From the NCBI GenBank assembly GCA_044892525.1, contig CM097885.1, forward strand, positions 17,858,001-17,922,000: a stretch of 64,000 nucleotides of DNA, written 5' to 3'. Shown here piece after piece: positions 14,794 through 29,942 of the stretch. The first letter of the stretch is position 1, and the number at the start of each line of letters is the position of its first letter. A program made the translations under genes and the position numbers. The notes below the pieces were generated by a model. It was not told the DNA's origin, did no database searches, and saw nothing but the letters and a program-made list of their open reading frames with translations. The stretch is from Schmidtea polychroa (lineage: Eukaryota).

Positions 14794-16659
14794 GAATATA
14801 ATGTTAACATTTAAATATCAATTACAATATTTTAACTGAGCAGTTGAAATATTTATTTTACAAAAACCTTTCCACTACTATATCCGTATTAGTTGCAAGT
14901 AAATGGTAATCCCAACGAGTCTGTTTCAAATGAGTTCAATTTACAATATGCAACCCAACTATATTTTCTGATAGTATCAGCAATCGCAGTAAATTATACG
15001 TGTATATATGTTTAAATCAATACTTAAAGAATTTTTTTGTATTCTACTGGATAATATCTTACAAATCTTTCTTAAATGAATTGATTATGATTACGAACTA
15101 AAAGAATCATTCCAAATATAAATTCTTTCTGTTAAATAACACAAGTGTTTCTATGTCTTCGTGCATTTGGCAAAAATATTTGATATCTGACATGCTATAA
15201 ATGTTTAATCTACGTACCGACTTGAAATAAATTTTTATATCAAATAGTCAAAGTGTATAAATATAGCATCATCTCAACAATAGATCAATGTTTATTTTTT
15301 CTTTTTAACACAAATTTTACACCTAAAAAAGGTAATGCCGAAAATTTGTGTTAAATTTGAGAAACTCGATATTGATCAAGAGTCAAAATAAGGATAAATG
15401 AAATTCGAAATGAAAAAATATATCAAAAATGAAAAATAGATACTGAAATGTCCATAAAGTTTTAATTTTAATACTTTTGATGCGGTTGGGCTTTGTAGAC
15501 AACGGAACCAAATTAGCAGAGCAATTTTGTAAATCGAAACTTGGAAGAATGTCAATTTAATTATTACGAAGTTAAACACAGATGTCCATAAAAAAAGGAA
15601 ACCTATATAAAATAAAAACATCGAAATTCTCCCATAATTTGTACATTATCAATTTCTAACTGGGACATGGAGAGAATTTTCAATTATAACATCCATTGTG
15701 ACCGCAAGCATTTCCCAATGCACATTTGTAAAATGATTTTTTAATACCATTCGAAAGTTTGAAAAAGTACATTAATTTATTACATGAAAATGAAAAACAA
15801 TTAAAATTGAAAATCAATTAATTGATAAATGTGAATGGCGACGCTTTATTGGGATAAATGGAAAATTTCTGAGTGACATGGTTGAATTGTTTATTATTTA
15901 TGCAGAGAATCATCTCTATTTCAGTTGAAATTTCGGGATCAAATTGTAATGGAAATATCGAATAATTAAGTGCAAGTGCACTTGGTAAATCCATACAAAT
16001 CTCATTATTCGGCACAGTGTTCGTTGAAAGGTACATAGACCTCTTAGGCCGCGTTGGCTGATGGCGACTCTTCACTCTTCTCGTAAATAGAAATATTTTA
16101 TTTTTCAATATCATCAATTTTAATTTTTTTACTTTTAAAATTTGAATTAAAATAGCGATTTAAATGAAAATTAAACTTTTTTTGAAGTCAATAGTAGATG
16201 ACATTTTGAATTTCAGGGCCATAACATTGTTTTTATGGCTACATTTTTAAGAAGGAAATGGGCTGCCTAGTGTCAGGCCAGTATCGAAACCATTATTATT
16301 ACGCAATAACTATCATTTGGTACAGATTATCCAGCAGCTCACGCGTACTATTAAAATTCAATTTAATTAATTTACTTCTATAAATATACAAAATGTCACA
16401 TAAAAAACTGCATTTTATTATTAAAAATTAATAATTTTTGAAATTATTTAAGAAAATTCGAAGTCAATTTTAAGGGGCCGTGTTTTTAGGCTCTTTTAAG
16501 GTGTTATGATTTCTCTAAAATCCCAAATATTTATTTAAAACAATTCAAAGAAACTCATGATTTATTTGAATGTAAGCCTCCTAGTTTACACGAAAATGCG
16601 TTGTTCGAATTGTTTAAGATCTGGGGCAAATGAATACAGGATGAAAAGAAATAATTACC

Positions 16660-16845
16660 GGTACTTCCGTGTTATCTTACCCCCAAAAATTAAATTATAA
16701 AATACAATTAAAATAACAATATAAAAAATGAGAGAATACATTATTGATGACGTTATTGAACATTATTGAACATGAATTTATTAAGGCTATCTGTGATTTA
16801 TGTGATTATGCGATTATGTGAGGGGTAAGATAACACGGAAGTGCC
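16660..16845. mobile_element. MITE, Merlin-like
   Basis: 24 bp TIR GGTACTTCCGTGTTATCTTACCCC (1 mismatch) beginning GG, with perfect 8 bp TSD TAATTACC. Confidence 0.85.
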
Positions 16846-18536
16846 TAATTACCTATTTATAATGGAGAATATCGGGGTAAAATATTATTTGTTTACCGTG
16901 TTTATTTCTCCTTCATTCCGGATAAATTTACAAACATATATTTGTTATATTTGGAACATTCTTTTCTACTCCTATTTCCAAAGCAAAAGACGTCAAGGCA
17001 ATTATCGGCCTTTGGGGTGAATAATGCCCGAAAAAAGAATTAATTTAAATCCTATTATAAACTAAAGAAAATTTTAATAATAATGAGAAAACCTTTACAT
17101 TTCAGTGGTGTATAACGGTTTCTCTACATAATACCAATGTATGAACTCATTATAATTATTATTTTTAAAAATTGAATTTCATTTTATCTTATAATTATTA
17201 ACAAGAAAATGCGCCTGTCGACATGGGACATAGGAATATCTGTCAAACTTATAAATAAATAAATATTTTCCCCTATCTTTAGGTGTGGGGCCACTTATCA
17301 TTTTTGTTCAAAATCTATAACTCGAAAAGCAAACAAAAAACTTTGAACGAAAATATAAACTTTATTAAGAAAAATCTGTGGTGTCTCTTGGAAATTGAAA
17401 CTGTTGCTATGGTTATTAAGATAAAATTCGTTTGCCTTTTGATTTTAGATTCTGTAATATATTGCGAAAATAAACTCGAATTCTATACGTTTGCGATATA
17501 CACTCCGGCAGGGAAACATTTTGTTTTTTGATTTTTTTGTTTTAATTAACCTCAAATTTAAAGTAGAAATAAAGTGTAAAATAATAGCTTATTTAATTAA
17601 ATAAATTTTGATCATTCATTTTTATCGTGCACTTCACCATAATCGATTCCATGATTATTGATTATCGGTGAAATATTGCGATCGTATCGCTCTATGTTTG
17701 TAACGTTTTCAAAGAAATTATACTATACTACTTATAAAATATTTTCAAAATGAAAAATAATTTTTTGAAATATTAAAAAAATATTAAACCTTTTAAACAA
17801 TATATATGTTAAATTTAATTTGTTTATTTTAGTAAAAAAAATATAATTTGGAAATTTTTCGTTTTTAGAAAATTTCTCTGAAATTTGAATTAATTAATTT
17901 AAATATTTTGAAAGTTGAATTTCTTTTTTTGAAATTTGAGTGTCATTTGTTTTTTTAATAAAATTTTTGAATGGTTTTGTTTCCGAGTGGTTTCTAATTG
18001 TTTGAGTTAAAGATAGTCAATTTTAAAAAAGATCAGACATATTTACCAGAGGAAAATGTCCAGCGGTTTTCTGAACGATGAAATATTGAGTCTAAAGATG
18101 AAGATAGTAAACCATTTGATGAAAATGCTTAATGGGATTCAAATTTGGTGCCAATTGGATAGAAATTATGACTCAAATTTCTTACTTCAACATCGTTTCG
18201 GTTCTGGATAGCATAGTTTATGGTTCGATGTCAAAAGGGTATGCGATTTGAATCAAATTAAGCCAATCGCAATTGAAATAAAAAAATTAACAATGAAAAT
18301 GATGGTGAGAAAAGTATTTGACATGGATAGAAAAACAATATGTGTAGAAGTAGCAGAAATTAATTATGCAATGTTTTACAATAGCTTTGAACGTTTACGA
18401 CTTCAATATAATTTCAGCGATTTTTGGTTCCTAACATATACTAAGAGTTAAAATTTTTATAAATTGATTAATAAATTAAATATTAATTTTTAATTGTCTA
18501 ACTTTTCTTTTCTACCTATCTATTTATATATATTTA

Positions 18537-18540
<4 letters not shown>

Positions 18541-18586
<46 letters not shown>
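18541..18586. repeat. (TA)n microsatellite
   Basis: TA run; a (GA)n run also lies at about 18726-18761. Confidence 0.9.
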
Positions 18587-18590
<4 letters not shown>

Positions 18591-18729
18591 TGAAAGCGTA
18601 ATATTAATGTCAACTTAAAATTAAATTAGTAATAATTTTTATATTATAAATCAATAATTCATCACAATGAAAACTATTAGAATGAATCATTATTTATTAC
18701 TTCTAACTACGATTTATAGCTGAACAGAG

Positions 18730-18761
<32 letters not shown>

Positions 18762-19707
18762 TACATTTTATTTATTTTATTTATTTACTACTGCAATCAT
18801 TTTTCATGTGAAAAATTGAATTAGTCAAATAATATTTTCAATAAATATTTAAAATCAATAACTAAAAAATAAAACTGGCCAAAAAATAATTGAAATAGAG
18901 TTTGACGTCATTGTAAACCATTGGCAATTGAAATTGAAGAGAATTGAGAGACCTATCAGGTTTGAATTGATCTTACTAAATGCTCCTTGGAAACTTTTAG
19001 TACACAGTAAAAAATAAAAAGAAACAAAAATTTTCTATAAGCATCAAAAGATTTTTATAAATGCCGTCTTTTTTTATATTAATATTTTTAAAAATATGGA
19101 TTTATAATTATTAATATTTTTTTTATTACAATTGCGCATTTAAGGAAATTTCGATTAAAATATTTTTTGAAAAATATCGACTAATTAAAAATTATACAAA
19201 CGAAAAACGATTTAAAATAAAAATAAAATATCTATGATAAAAATTAATTAATAATTCAGAACTTATTTTAAATTTTTTCAATAATTTTACAGCAAAAGAA
19301 AACTGTTGTTTTACGAGATGACAAAGTTTCAAATATCAAAACAAATTAAGTTTCTTCTGTCGGTATTTTTCATATGATTTTCATAAGCTTAAAAATATTC
19401 GTGATAATTAATTAAAGAAATTAGAATTTTAGAGAAATTTAAAAGAAATATTTTATATTTCGCTTTAATTAAATTAAAATGGTAAAAACAAAGTGCATCG
19501 ATTTCAACTATATTTCCTCTTGATTAATTTAATTTAATTAAACAAGTTTATTGACCGCTTTCAGCAGAAGTCAATATTTTTAATTGATTTGTATTTAATT
19601 TTCAAATTTCATTAACTTTTTCTGATTAAAATCATTTTGTGAACAATATCTAAAACCTTTATAAATTTTATTTTATAAAAGAATAATCAATTTATTTTTA
19701 TTATTAA

Positions 19708-19726
19708 TATTATTATTATTATTATA

Positions 19727-19805
<79 letters not shown>
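19708..19805. repeat. (TTA)n microsatellite
   Basis: ATT run. Confidence 0.95.
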
Positions 19806-19807
<2 letters not shown>

Positions 19808-20027
19808 AGTATAAAGTGATGATTTCTTGGTAGCAGCATTTATTATTTAAAACAATAATGTGATGATTTAAGCCTTTTGCTGCAAATAATGTATTTAATG
19901 AAAAGATTTTCGACTATAGATAGTCCTTGTCAATCCTTGTCAATCTTTGACAAGGACTATCTTATAGTCGAAAATATTTTCATTAAATACATTATTCGCA
20001 GCAAAAGGCTTAAATTATCACTTTATT

Positions 20028-20202
<175 letters not shown>

Positions 20203-23200
20203 TAAAATATTATTATGTTAATTATTATTAAAGAAATTAAACTTAAAAAACTTCTGTTTAAATATATAAATTTATCAATAAAAATGACTTGTTATATTAT
20301 TATAAGAACTTTTCAATTTTCGCCTCTGAATTATTTTCAATTGACATTGTATGTAAATAATTAAGTTTTTAATGAAGTTTTGGTATCTTAAGATTTAAAG
20401 ATATTGTGAAATTTTCAGACTATCGACATTACAATAATCATTTTTTTATGGCCAACAATCCAAAAACTTGTTAGTTTCAAGAAATAATTCGTCTTTTCAA
20501 AATGGATATAGTTATAATAAACTGTAAAACCTAACAGCATTATTTTCTCATCTATATTATGCACTAAATAATACAATGCATTTCAAAAGAGATCGACATG
20601 GACTTCGTAAACCATGAACAGATATTGAGACACGTACTTTACCTTGTAATCTTTCTCTATCGGGCATACAAAAAGCAAATGTTTAACAATCTCAAAATCT
20701 TTCATTTTATAATTACGCATATTGTGGTCTATAGAATCAAATCCGTTAACCATATTTTCTTCTTTCTTTCACATGTTCATCATACTAAGAAATTATATGT
20801 AAAATATGTGAGTAAAATTATAAGTGTATCCAGTAAAATGAATTCATGGTATAACGTTATTTGTCTTGCACCCACATTAATTGTATATTTGATAGAAATT
20901 ATATTTAAATAACAGAAAGAGTGCAAATCTAGCAAAATTTATTCATTTAATGGATGCTTTTTCCTTGATCATCTTATGAACACTGTCAATAAAGGAAATG
21001 TAAATAATATTTTTATAGCGGCTTCAAACAGTTTGTTTCCACACTCGTCATCATTATTACTAGTCCTTATGAACTTTAGGAACCCGATCGAAAAATCTGC
21101 CAATAATAACTCATGAAATCAACAGATTTTTATGCTATTTCTCATTTAATAAACGGTTTTCTAATAAAATCCTTTATTTAAGTAGTTGGAAGCAGTGATG
21201 AGCTGAAAACTTGTAACAAACGGCTCACATAAGGTAATCTTCACTTCTAAGAATGTCCAAACAACAAAAGTGACACATAGTGAACTCATTTAAAAGTTTT
21301 GCTAGTGGTTTGTGGTGCAATGTTTTAGTAATGCAAGCTCAGCAAATCATTATTCTATTACATAATAATTCTTTGTTAGTTATTATATTTTGAGCTTATT
21401 GAATATTCATGCATAAAGTGTTGTTCAACGAATAAATAAAATTATTTGAATAGGTTTAACATCCATATTATAAATTCATAAAATAATTAACAGCCGACTC
21501 GTGCTAGCCGGGCCGAGCAGCCTTCAGTTTATCACTGGCTAGAATACACTGAGGCCTATTGAAAATCTACTACTTGTCTATTGTGTTAGAAGTTATTTAG
21601 ATTTCAGGGTAAAAATATCCCGTTTTTAAAATATTATTTTCAATAGGACTAACGCAATCTAATCTTGGGTATCAACTATTCAAGGGTACTCAACCTTTCC
21701 AGACCATTGGAACTTCTAAACCTATGAAATTACTCGTGTAACTTTAAAGTTTTCTGTTTTTCAATGAAACAAGTTTTGGACATACTTTTTCAACGGAAAT
21801 TTGCATAGGATTTACTTTTGCTTATTGAGAATAAAAATAATGGTCTTTATCAAGCCAACTTTTCAAAATCGATCTTTCATGTGTGAAGTGTTCTGGGAAC
21901 CCTTTAGAAGTTTAAAAGACCCCAGGTTGAAAAACCCTTGGCTATTCAATCAATTATCAGTATGAAAACTAATTTAAGTCCAAAATTAATTAACCTTAAA
22001 TATTCATTTATTCCATAAATAAATCAGTTCATTTGTTGATGAAATTTTATTAATAATTGTACTTTTACACTTCTTCATGCGATTAAGGAAGTTTTTATGT
22101 TGGCAATATTGATAACAGTTTTTAAAATTTGTACCAATGCGTCGGCTGTGTTTTAAAAGTTATTGAGACTTATCCTTATTACTAATTCCCATAAGCGATT
22201 GACTTTCGGAAAATTCAATTTCAACATTCATAAATGGTCCTCAGACTGGTTATTTAATTAAATTTGTAAGGGTGGTGGAAAGGTTCTTAATCTTGAGTTT
22301 GAGTTGGAAGAGAAATTAAAAACATGAAAACTTAAAGAAATTCGAGATGATGACTCAAAACAATGGTAAAAATCTTAACATTGGTCATTCAAACATTAAA
22401 GTAGACTCAAGTCAAAGGAAAATTGGTAAAAAAAATTAAATTGCTTTTTTAGAAAGAAATACCACTCAACGACTAAATACGGACACCTTTGACTACATTT
22501 TAAGTTACATATTTTCTTTGATACTAAAGATGGAAAAATATATTTATCCTATAGATTAGAAAGAAAAACCCAAGTCAGCTTACGAAAATTAACATTCATG
22601 GCTAAAAAGTTCTTATTTTGATTTTGAGAAATTGCAAAGGAAATATTTTTCCATTGCCAGTTACTTAAATTAAACGTAAGGCATTTTGTTTCATTTTCCT
22701 CGAAGAGTCACCTTGTTTCATGTTAGTGCTGAACTTAGTGCTGCAAGAGTCATAAGAGGTATTCGGTTGAATCTTAGATGGGAAGTTATTTGATAACTTT
22801 TTTGATAAGACAGTACACTTAGTGATAAGTACTTTTAAAATTAGAATATGTACGCAAATGTATAGAAGAATTCATACTCTCGAACATAGTCTCGGTTTTT
22901 CTTTGATTGTACACATATTCTACCTGATAAATTACAAATATTTTTCGATTCTAAAGAAGAAAATATCAGAGCCAGGCCAAATGTTGAATAACCAAAATTT
23001 AGCAAAATCAAAAAATTTTAAAACGTGTAAAAATTTTTAAATTATATTTATTGCGAATAAGCTGAGCCTTCGAAAAGTACTTCGAAAGCTAAAATAATTT
23101 AGAAAAATGTAATTAATTATTGATTTTGGATTATAACTTTGTAAAAAATAAAGCTACTTGAGATATTTTTTTAATGGCAGATAAATTTTAAGCTTATTTG

Positions 23201-24544
23201 ATTATCATTATTAAAATGTAAGAAACTCAATGCCACTTGGGATTGAACAAATGATCTTGCAATCTTATCCGAGAACCTCAACAGATTTCTCATCATTAAA
23301 ATCACATTGTATTATCAAACTTGGATTAACACCGTAAAATTAGCAATGGCATCCGATGACGGTAAGTTGTGATTGGACGAAATCAAATAATGACACCAAA
23401 AAACGCTCGCCCCTTTTCTGCCATTAAAATATTGCGTAGAATATGAATCTTGCGAGAAATATTTAACCAACTACAAAATTAGAAATTTAAAAGTAAAAAA
23501 TTATTGAGTGAAAAAAATTGACTTCGATAATCTTCAAAACTTTTAATTGACATTTAATTTTTGCCTTGCTGTAAACGGTGATGTGTGAATTGTACAATTG
23601 AAAATATAAATAAATGTACAAAGAAAATATTTGAGCCCATGGGCACCTTTGGTAGCTAATTTACAGACGACATAAAAATTTTTATGGAAAAATTCGATGA
23701 GATATTATTAGAAAATAACAGCTAGTATTAAATTGGATTTATAAAAATATCAAATAACCAAAAAATAAAGATCATAGGATTATATTTGACGCGTTTTAAT
23801 TGCGAATAAAAATATTAATTGCTTTTTACAGAATTTATTGATTAGAAATATCATAATTTTCCATTTTAAGAGTGCTACATTTCTCACTGAGATAAAATCT
23901 ATTTCGATTACGATAGAAGAAAATAAGGAATAAAAATAAATTACATTCAAATAAAATTTAATTAAAACAAAATATATTAATAAAGTTATTAATTTTATGT
24001 TTAAATTTTGCATTTCTTGATTTGTAGATAAAAATCGATGAGATAAATTGATTTAATTTCCGATTTGGAGAAGGAATCGAGTCGAAAATGAAATCAACCA
24101 TTCGGCAAACCCTTTCAAGGGTCTTTGCTGCCACTCGGTCTATTACAGATGCATGCGGGGGAATTTTATGCGCAGAAATAATTATTAAATATTGATTGTT
24201 AAGATTAAACAAAACTACAGTTTCGAGTGATAATGTTATTTTTTTTGTTTTAATTAAACTTTTTAATTAGCGGTAAAATTAATTAGAAAATTTGACTTTG
24301 TCATTTTCTTTTGCAACCTTTAATAATTCGAGATGAATTTATGTAAATAGAGTTGAGACTTAAAGGAGGATTTTTGTAGAAGGAAATAATAAAACAACTC
24401 CGAGACAAATTGAGCAATTTTAATTTATATAATATAATAATATCGGTGCAAATCTCCTAATTTTGTTTGTTTAAAAAATTCATTAAAGGCACTGAATGGC
24501 TATTTTGTATCTTGTAAATTGAAATCATTTTGAGTTATCTAACG

Positions 24545-25097
24545 CATCTATTCTCAAACCATGGGTCGCGACCCGCATGTGGGTCGTGGAAACTTCCCAG
24601 GTGGGTCGCGAGGATGATATTTGTAAAACAAATGAAACAAACTACGTCACAAACTTTTTAATCTGCTACAAACAAAACGAGAGTTTACTAGTGTTAATTT
24701 GCGATTTGCTCCATATAAAGCGCGATCTAGCGATCACAAATAAAAATCCGCATTAGTTCATGAGCGCCAACTAACGAGACATTATTGATCAATTGCAAAA
24801 TAGCAATGGTTTGCTGGCGAAAGCAACATTAAAATTTTTAAATTTATTCGAGAATGCAACTGTGTTTTTTAAATTTATTCTTTTATTTCGAATAATTAAT
24901 TGTAATAATTATCTTTAATAATAAACTTTGTTAGCAAAATTTTGAAAGAATTAAAATAGGTTTAATGGGAAAACATTTTAGTCGGAGTTGGTAAATATAA
25001 AGTTGATTGCAAAAGAAGGAAAAAAATTTGTATTGGGTCACCAAGTTTCTGGTTTCTGGCTAGTGGGTCCCTATTTAAAACAGTTTGAGGACCTCTG
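24545..25097. mobile_element. Non-autonomous hAT element (MITE)
   Basis: Degenerate TIR CA...CTCAAAC / GTTTGAG...CTG, perfect 8 bp TSD ATCTAACG, subterminal GGGTCGCG motifs. Confidence 0.85.
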
Positions 25098-27559
25098 ATC
25101 TAACGGATTTCTCCAAATAATATCATAGACATTATTTAAATAGTTTCACTAAAAAATTCAAAATCTGTAAAGGTGATATTATTTGTAGTATCGGATAGTG
25201 TATAATTGGAGAAATCCAGGTAGTTGGAATTATCATTTACTGGTAACTGATATGATGCATTTTCCTTAGGTATATTTATCTGTAGTATTTATCTGAAAAC
25301 ATTATATGTTACTTAGATGACCTTTTTATTACATTAGTGAATACAAATATTTTATTGAAGAGGATTAATGTTTAACTCCTTCTGGAATGAAGTTAATATT
25401 TTAAATAAAATCTGAATGGATTAATAAAGTCCCTATTGTTTGTGTTAAATGTTCAACCATATTTTGATGTTAACTATTACATACTTTTTTATAAAAAATT
25501 AATTTTTTAAAAAGCCAGTTCTGAAAGATTTAAATGATTTTAAAAAGAAATTTGAAAAAAAATTAAGCTTAAGTTTAAACGAAAATAAAAATTTCGCTGC
25601 CCCACTGTATTATAATAATATATTATTTACGTTTTTATTTTTAAAGTAGTGTAGCTAGGAAGGAACAAGGGGTGACATATAGCTTGAAATATGATTTTGA
25701 GAAATTTTGGAAAATATTTTATACAGTTCAGGTTGCGACAATGAAACGAAGAATTAATATTTTGCAAACTCTGTCTAAGATATTAATGTAGACTTTGTAA
25801 TTAATGGCCTTATAAAATATACTATTTTGTATGACGTATGACGAATAGATGGAGATTTATATAACTTGAGTACACTAAACTGTCATTTAGCATTTTATTT
25901 ATTTTATTTGGTTAAATTTTAAATTACCGTTTAATAAATAGAAAGTCTGAAAAATTACGGTTTTAAATTTTAAAATCTGAAAAAATATTCTTTTAATTTA
26001 TATTAAAATTTATTAGCTGAAATTTTAATTTTAATGGTTTTTAAATTTTAATATTTTGATTTATATAAATTTAAAATTAAAATAAAATATTGAAAAAATA
26101 TGACCCATTTTTTATAAAAACATTAAAACGCCAAACAAACGAAATTTATTTCAAGGAAATTATCCTCGTCGTTTGTCTGATATCGCAATCTATGTTAACA
26201 GTTATATAGGGAAAAAATGGTTATGATTTAATGAGTTAATAGATTATGATGACAGATTGATGATGAGGATAATTTCCTTGAAATATATTTCATTTGCTTG
26301 GCGTTTTCGAGGATTTATTATGAATTTTAGTTTATAAATTTTAAATTTATTATTGATTTATGAATTTTAATTTTAAAATGTGTTATGATATAAATTTGAA
26401 TATTTTATTTTTTAATTTGAAAATTTAACCACAGCATCGAAATTGAAGTCTCGAAAATTTTTTTGAAAATATTTAGTTATGAAATATATATTTTTATACT
26501 TGGACTTATTTATTTATCAATTTAGAATGAATAATGAAATTGAATGCAATTCTATTGCAATTAACAATATTTAAAAAATGTGAAATAAATAGAAAACAGA
26601 GTGCAATTTATAAAATAAGGAAACTTGAAAGAAATTAGATCGACATGCATTAAAAAATATTGAACATGACAATTTTTAAAAAATTAATTTTATTGTTTGA
26701 TTTAACTTATTTATTTACTGCTATCGAACAGATAAATCAAAAAATTAAAATTCAATAGAAATTGTAAATATAATGAATTTTTCAATAAAACTTGAACAAA
26801 ATATATCAAATATTACTCAATTATTAATTGTAAAATATTTTTATTATAATTCACTTAGCAAATAACGCTGCAAAGACCGTAGAAATAATATTTGAGTGAT
26901 GATGTTATTATATTTGCAGATTCAGTGCTCTAATAATGCGTGACTCTACTTAATTAAAACAATGGATAAAAATTTGAAATTTTTTACCACAATAATTTAC
27001 AATTACAGAAAAAAATTACTCTGTGTAAATTGAATATCATTTTTAAAAAATATTTGAAAAGTGCTTAATTTTAAAAAATAATAAATATAAATTGTTTAAT
27101 AAAAGCTGATATTTAAAATTAAATGTAAGAAATATGATTAGTATAAAGCCGGCTTGTATAAAAACAATCAGTATTTTAATTAAAATGTAAATTAAAATAA
27201 TCTCAGTATTTTAAATAAATGGTCAGTAATTAAAATTAAATATAAGTGTGTAATAACAAATATATCAGTATTTTTATTTAATAAACCAAAATTTTTATTA
27301 TAAAGAAATTCAAAAAGGGGGATAATAATCCTGTAATTTTTTCTAACTTTATCATCGGTCGGCTTTTCATCTAAAAACCCCAAAACGGCTCAAAATATTC
27401 TCTTAGCTTTACCCGCTGCTCTCCTTCTACCTTAGCATCATTTTCTAATTCAGTTTTTATTGTCCATTTCTTATCACTTTGTCCTGATAATTGCAAAAAA
27501 TAATGCACCAAGTTATGAAATCAGTGAAAATGATCTCGAATTCAATAATAAACAATAAT

Positions 27560-28160
27560 CTTTAAGACTTTTGCCCTAAACAGACATAATGAACTATTGT
27601 AATGGTTTCAACTGCGACTCAAATGACATAATCACACAATTTTGAAAAAGTACGTGGAGTGGAAGAGTTTTTGTGCGAAATTAATATTATTTGAAACTGG
27701 CATAAAAACTAAAATATTTTTCTTTCCATTGTTAAAGCCAACATTGGAAAGAAAATATCGATGAAAGCAATCAAAATATGTTTGAAAGTTGTATTTTAAA
27801 CACTAAAAGTGAATTTCAAAGTAGATTTCAAAGTTTTAAGATGCATGGTGAAAATTTTACATTTAAAATAAAGCCTGACGAAATAGAAAATATTTTAGAT
27901 TTGAATATCTTAAAATTGACAAAGTTTAGAAATGATTTATTTTAAAAAAGTTCAACTTTGTGGATAGATAAATTAAAGACATTGAGGAAAGATTAAGAAA
28001 AAATGGAAGTTAATCAACTTCTCATGATATCAAAATGATGAATATGAATTTATTGTAACTAAGAACAGGAGCAGTTTAACTACCGAAAAGATAATAAAGT
28101 ATACACCAGACAAGACTAAATTGACGTCACAAATTCAGCATCAGGGAAGCATTGATAACG
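27560..28160 (+). mobile_element. Highly degenerate hAT (Charlie/GTF2IRD2-like) transposase relic
   Basis: Ends in YTP...KLTSQIQHQ...H-stop-like sequence resembling the C-terminus of this family; multiple stops. Confidence 0.4.
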
Positions 28161-29654
28161 AAGAGAACGTTTATAAATAAAGTTCATAAATAAATGAGTT
28201 AAAACTTGACAATTATATTTGTTTTTATAATAGTAGGTAGATGTGATCCCCAGCGCGACCATTAGTTACCACGCACTGATTAGCAACAGAGACCCTCTAC
28301 CCCTTCAAGTTCAAGTCGCGATTATTGATTTTTAAAAAATTATTTTTATTGATTAAGAATTGCAATTATTGATTTTTAAGTGAAATTTTACTTTTTTGTT
28401 TTATCTCGCTGTAGCACGGCGGTTTGAGATTTTTAAAAAATTATTTCGGCAAAATTGTAGAGGATGACGTCACCTATATCTTTGCTTACCTAAACTTTTT
28501 CGTATCCGTTCAAGATTACCTGCAGCTAAAAAATTGCTAATGCTTGATCTATAATATCTTTAGTATTTTTCTCTCCTACCTGATAATGACAGGAAATCTG
28601 TTGAAATATATCGTAAAAAGTAGGTTTGAGTAGCGCTTTCTTATAATTAAATCATTACAATGTTTATTTTATTATATATAGAAAATACATATCAAATATT
28701 ATGAAATTGTAAAAAAATAAACAGAGGGAACATAGATAAATGAAAGTAATATTGAATTTCACAAATAAAAGTTGGAATATTTTCTCTACTGGTTGTATTT
28801 TATCTTCAGTGATTATGAACCTTTGACATGGTGTGGTTGCCCGGGGCCGTAAAACGGTACAAAATAATAACAAACTTATGATTTATTTTATATTTGAAAT
28901 CATAGAAATTCATCAAAATAATTAAATATTTGAATTTTCATTAATAAAATTTTGATAAATATATTTTCAATTCGGTTTATTAAGCTAATTAAAACTACTA
29001 GATATGTTGAGTTTTTTTTTTAAAATATTAAATTTTAAAAAAAAATTTTAGTGGTTAAATTCACTAATTTGCTGTCAAAATAATTCAATTTTTCCGCATG
29101 GATTTTATGTGGGTCATTTCGTAACTTAGTTTGATACCCTCTGCCTTATATTGGGGCCGCTCGGAGAGATTATACAGTTACTATTAGCGTAATAATTTGT
29201 CCCATGAATATTGATGACCCCCTTTAATTAAGCGAAAATCGAAAGTGTTTGGCTGTTTCGTAATAATTGGTTTATTTATTGTGTTTTCATTGGATTTGTC
29301 TTTTTATTTTAATTTCCAGCTTTGGGCAATTGCTGTTACACATTCTTGGTTATTTCTGACCATTGGGGTGGGCAAATAATTAATAAATCATATCGATTTG
29401 CCATAAAAATTTCTAACAGCCAATTTTAAAAAATTTGACAAATTATTTTTCTTGATGAGCTGAGACATTTTATGCTCAATATAACAATAGCAAAAATCAA
29501 TATAGTGGAAATTATTTTTAAATCTTTAAAATTTTATTACAACTAATTAATAATCAAAAAAAATCATTAATAATTTTTAATTGGAATTTAATTATTAATT
29601 TTAATTATTTTAATTTAATTAATTAATTTCAATGACCATAGCAACAGAACTTAC

Positions 29655-29942
29655 GGAATGTTTGTTAGCGATATTTGAATGTTCTTCATAAAAATGTTCT
29701 TTTAAAAGTAAACTGGAAGTAGATATTTTACGGCACTCGTTGCATCGATAAAAAACGCATTCTAAAGTTCCGGTGTGGCTGGAAATCGCTAAATGTTCCA
29801 GTAAACGTTTGTAATTAAAAGTAAAAAATGGACAAATAGGACAATGAATAAGCAAAACATTTTTGTAATTCAATAAGGAATTTCCATCGATGGGACTATT
29901 GGAAGGCCACACAGTTTCTTCTTGCCATTTTACTTCATCCAT
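29655..29942 (-). CDS. First coding exon of a C2H2 zinc-finger gene
   Basis: ATG at 29942 preceded by acceptor tttttag| (exon start 29963). Two fingers (CPIC...H...H; CNEC...H...H). Strong donor TCC|gtaagt at 29655/29654, phase 0. Confidence 0.8.

Noticed and set aside
23230..23290. tRNA-like sequence (minus strand GTTCAATCCC B-box)
   Set aside because: No cloverleaf can be formed; at most a decayed SINE head.
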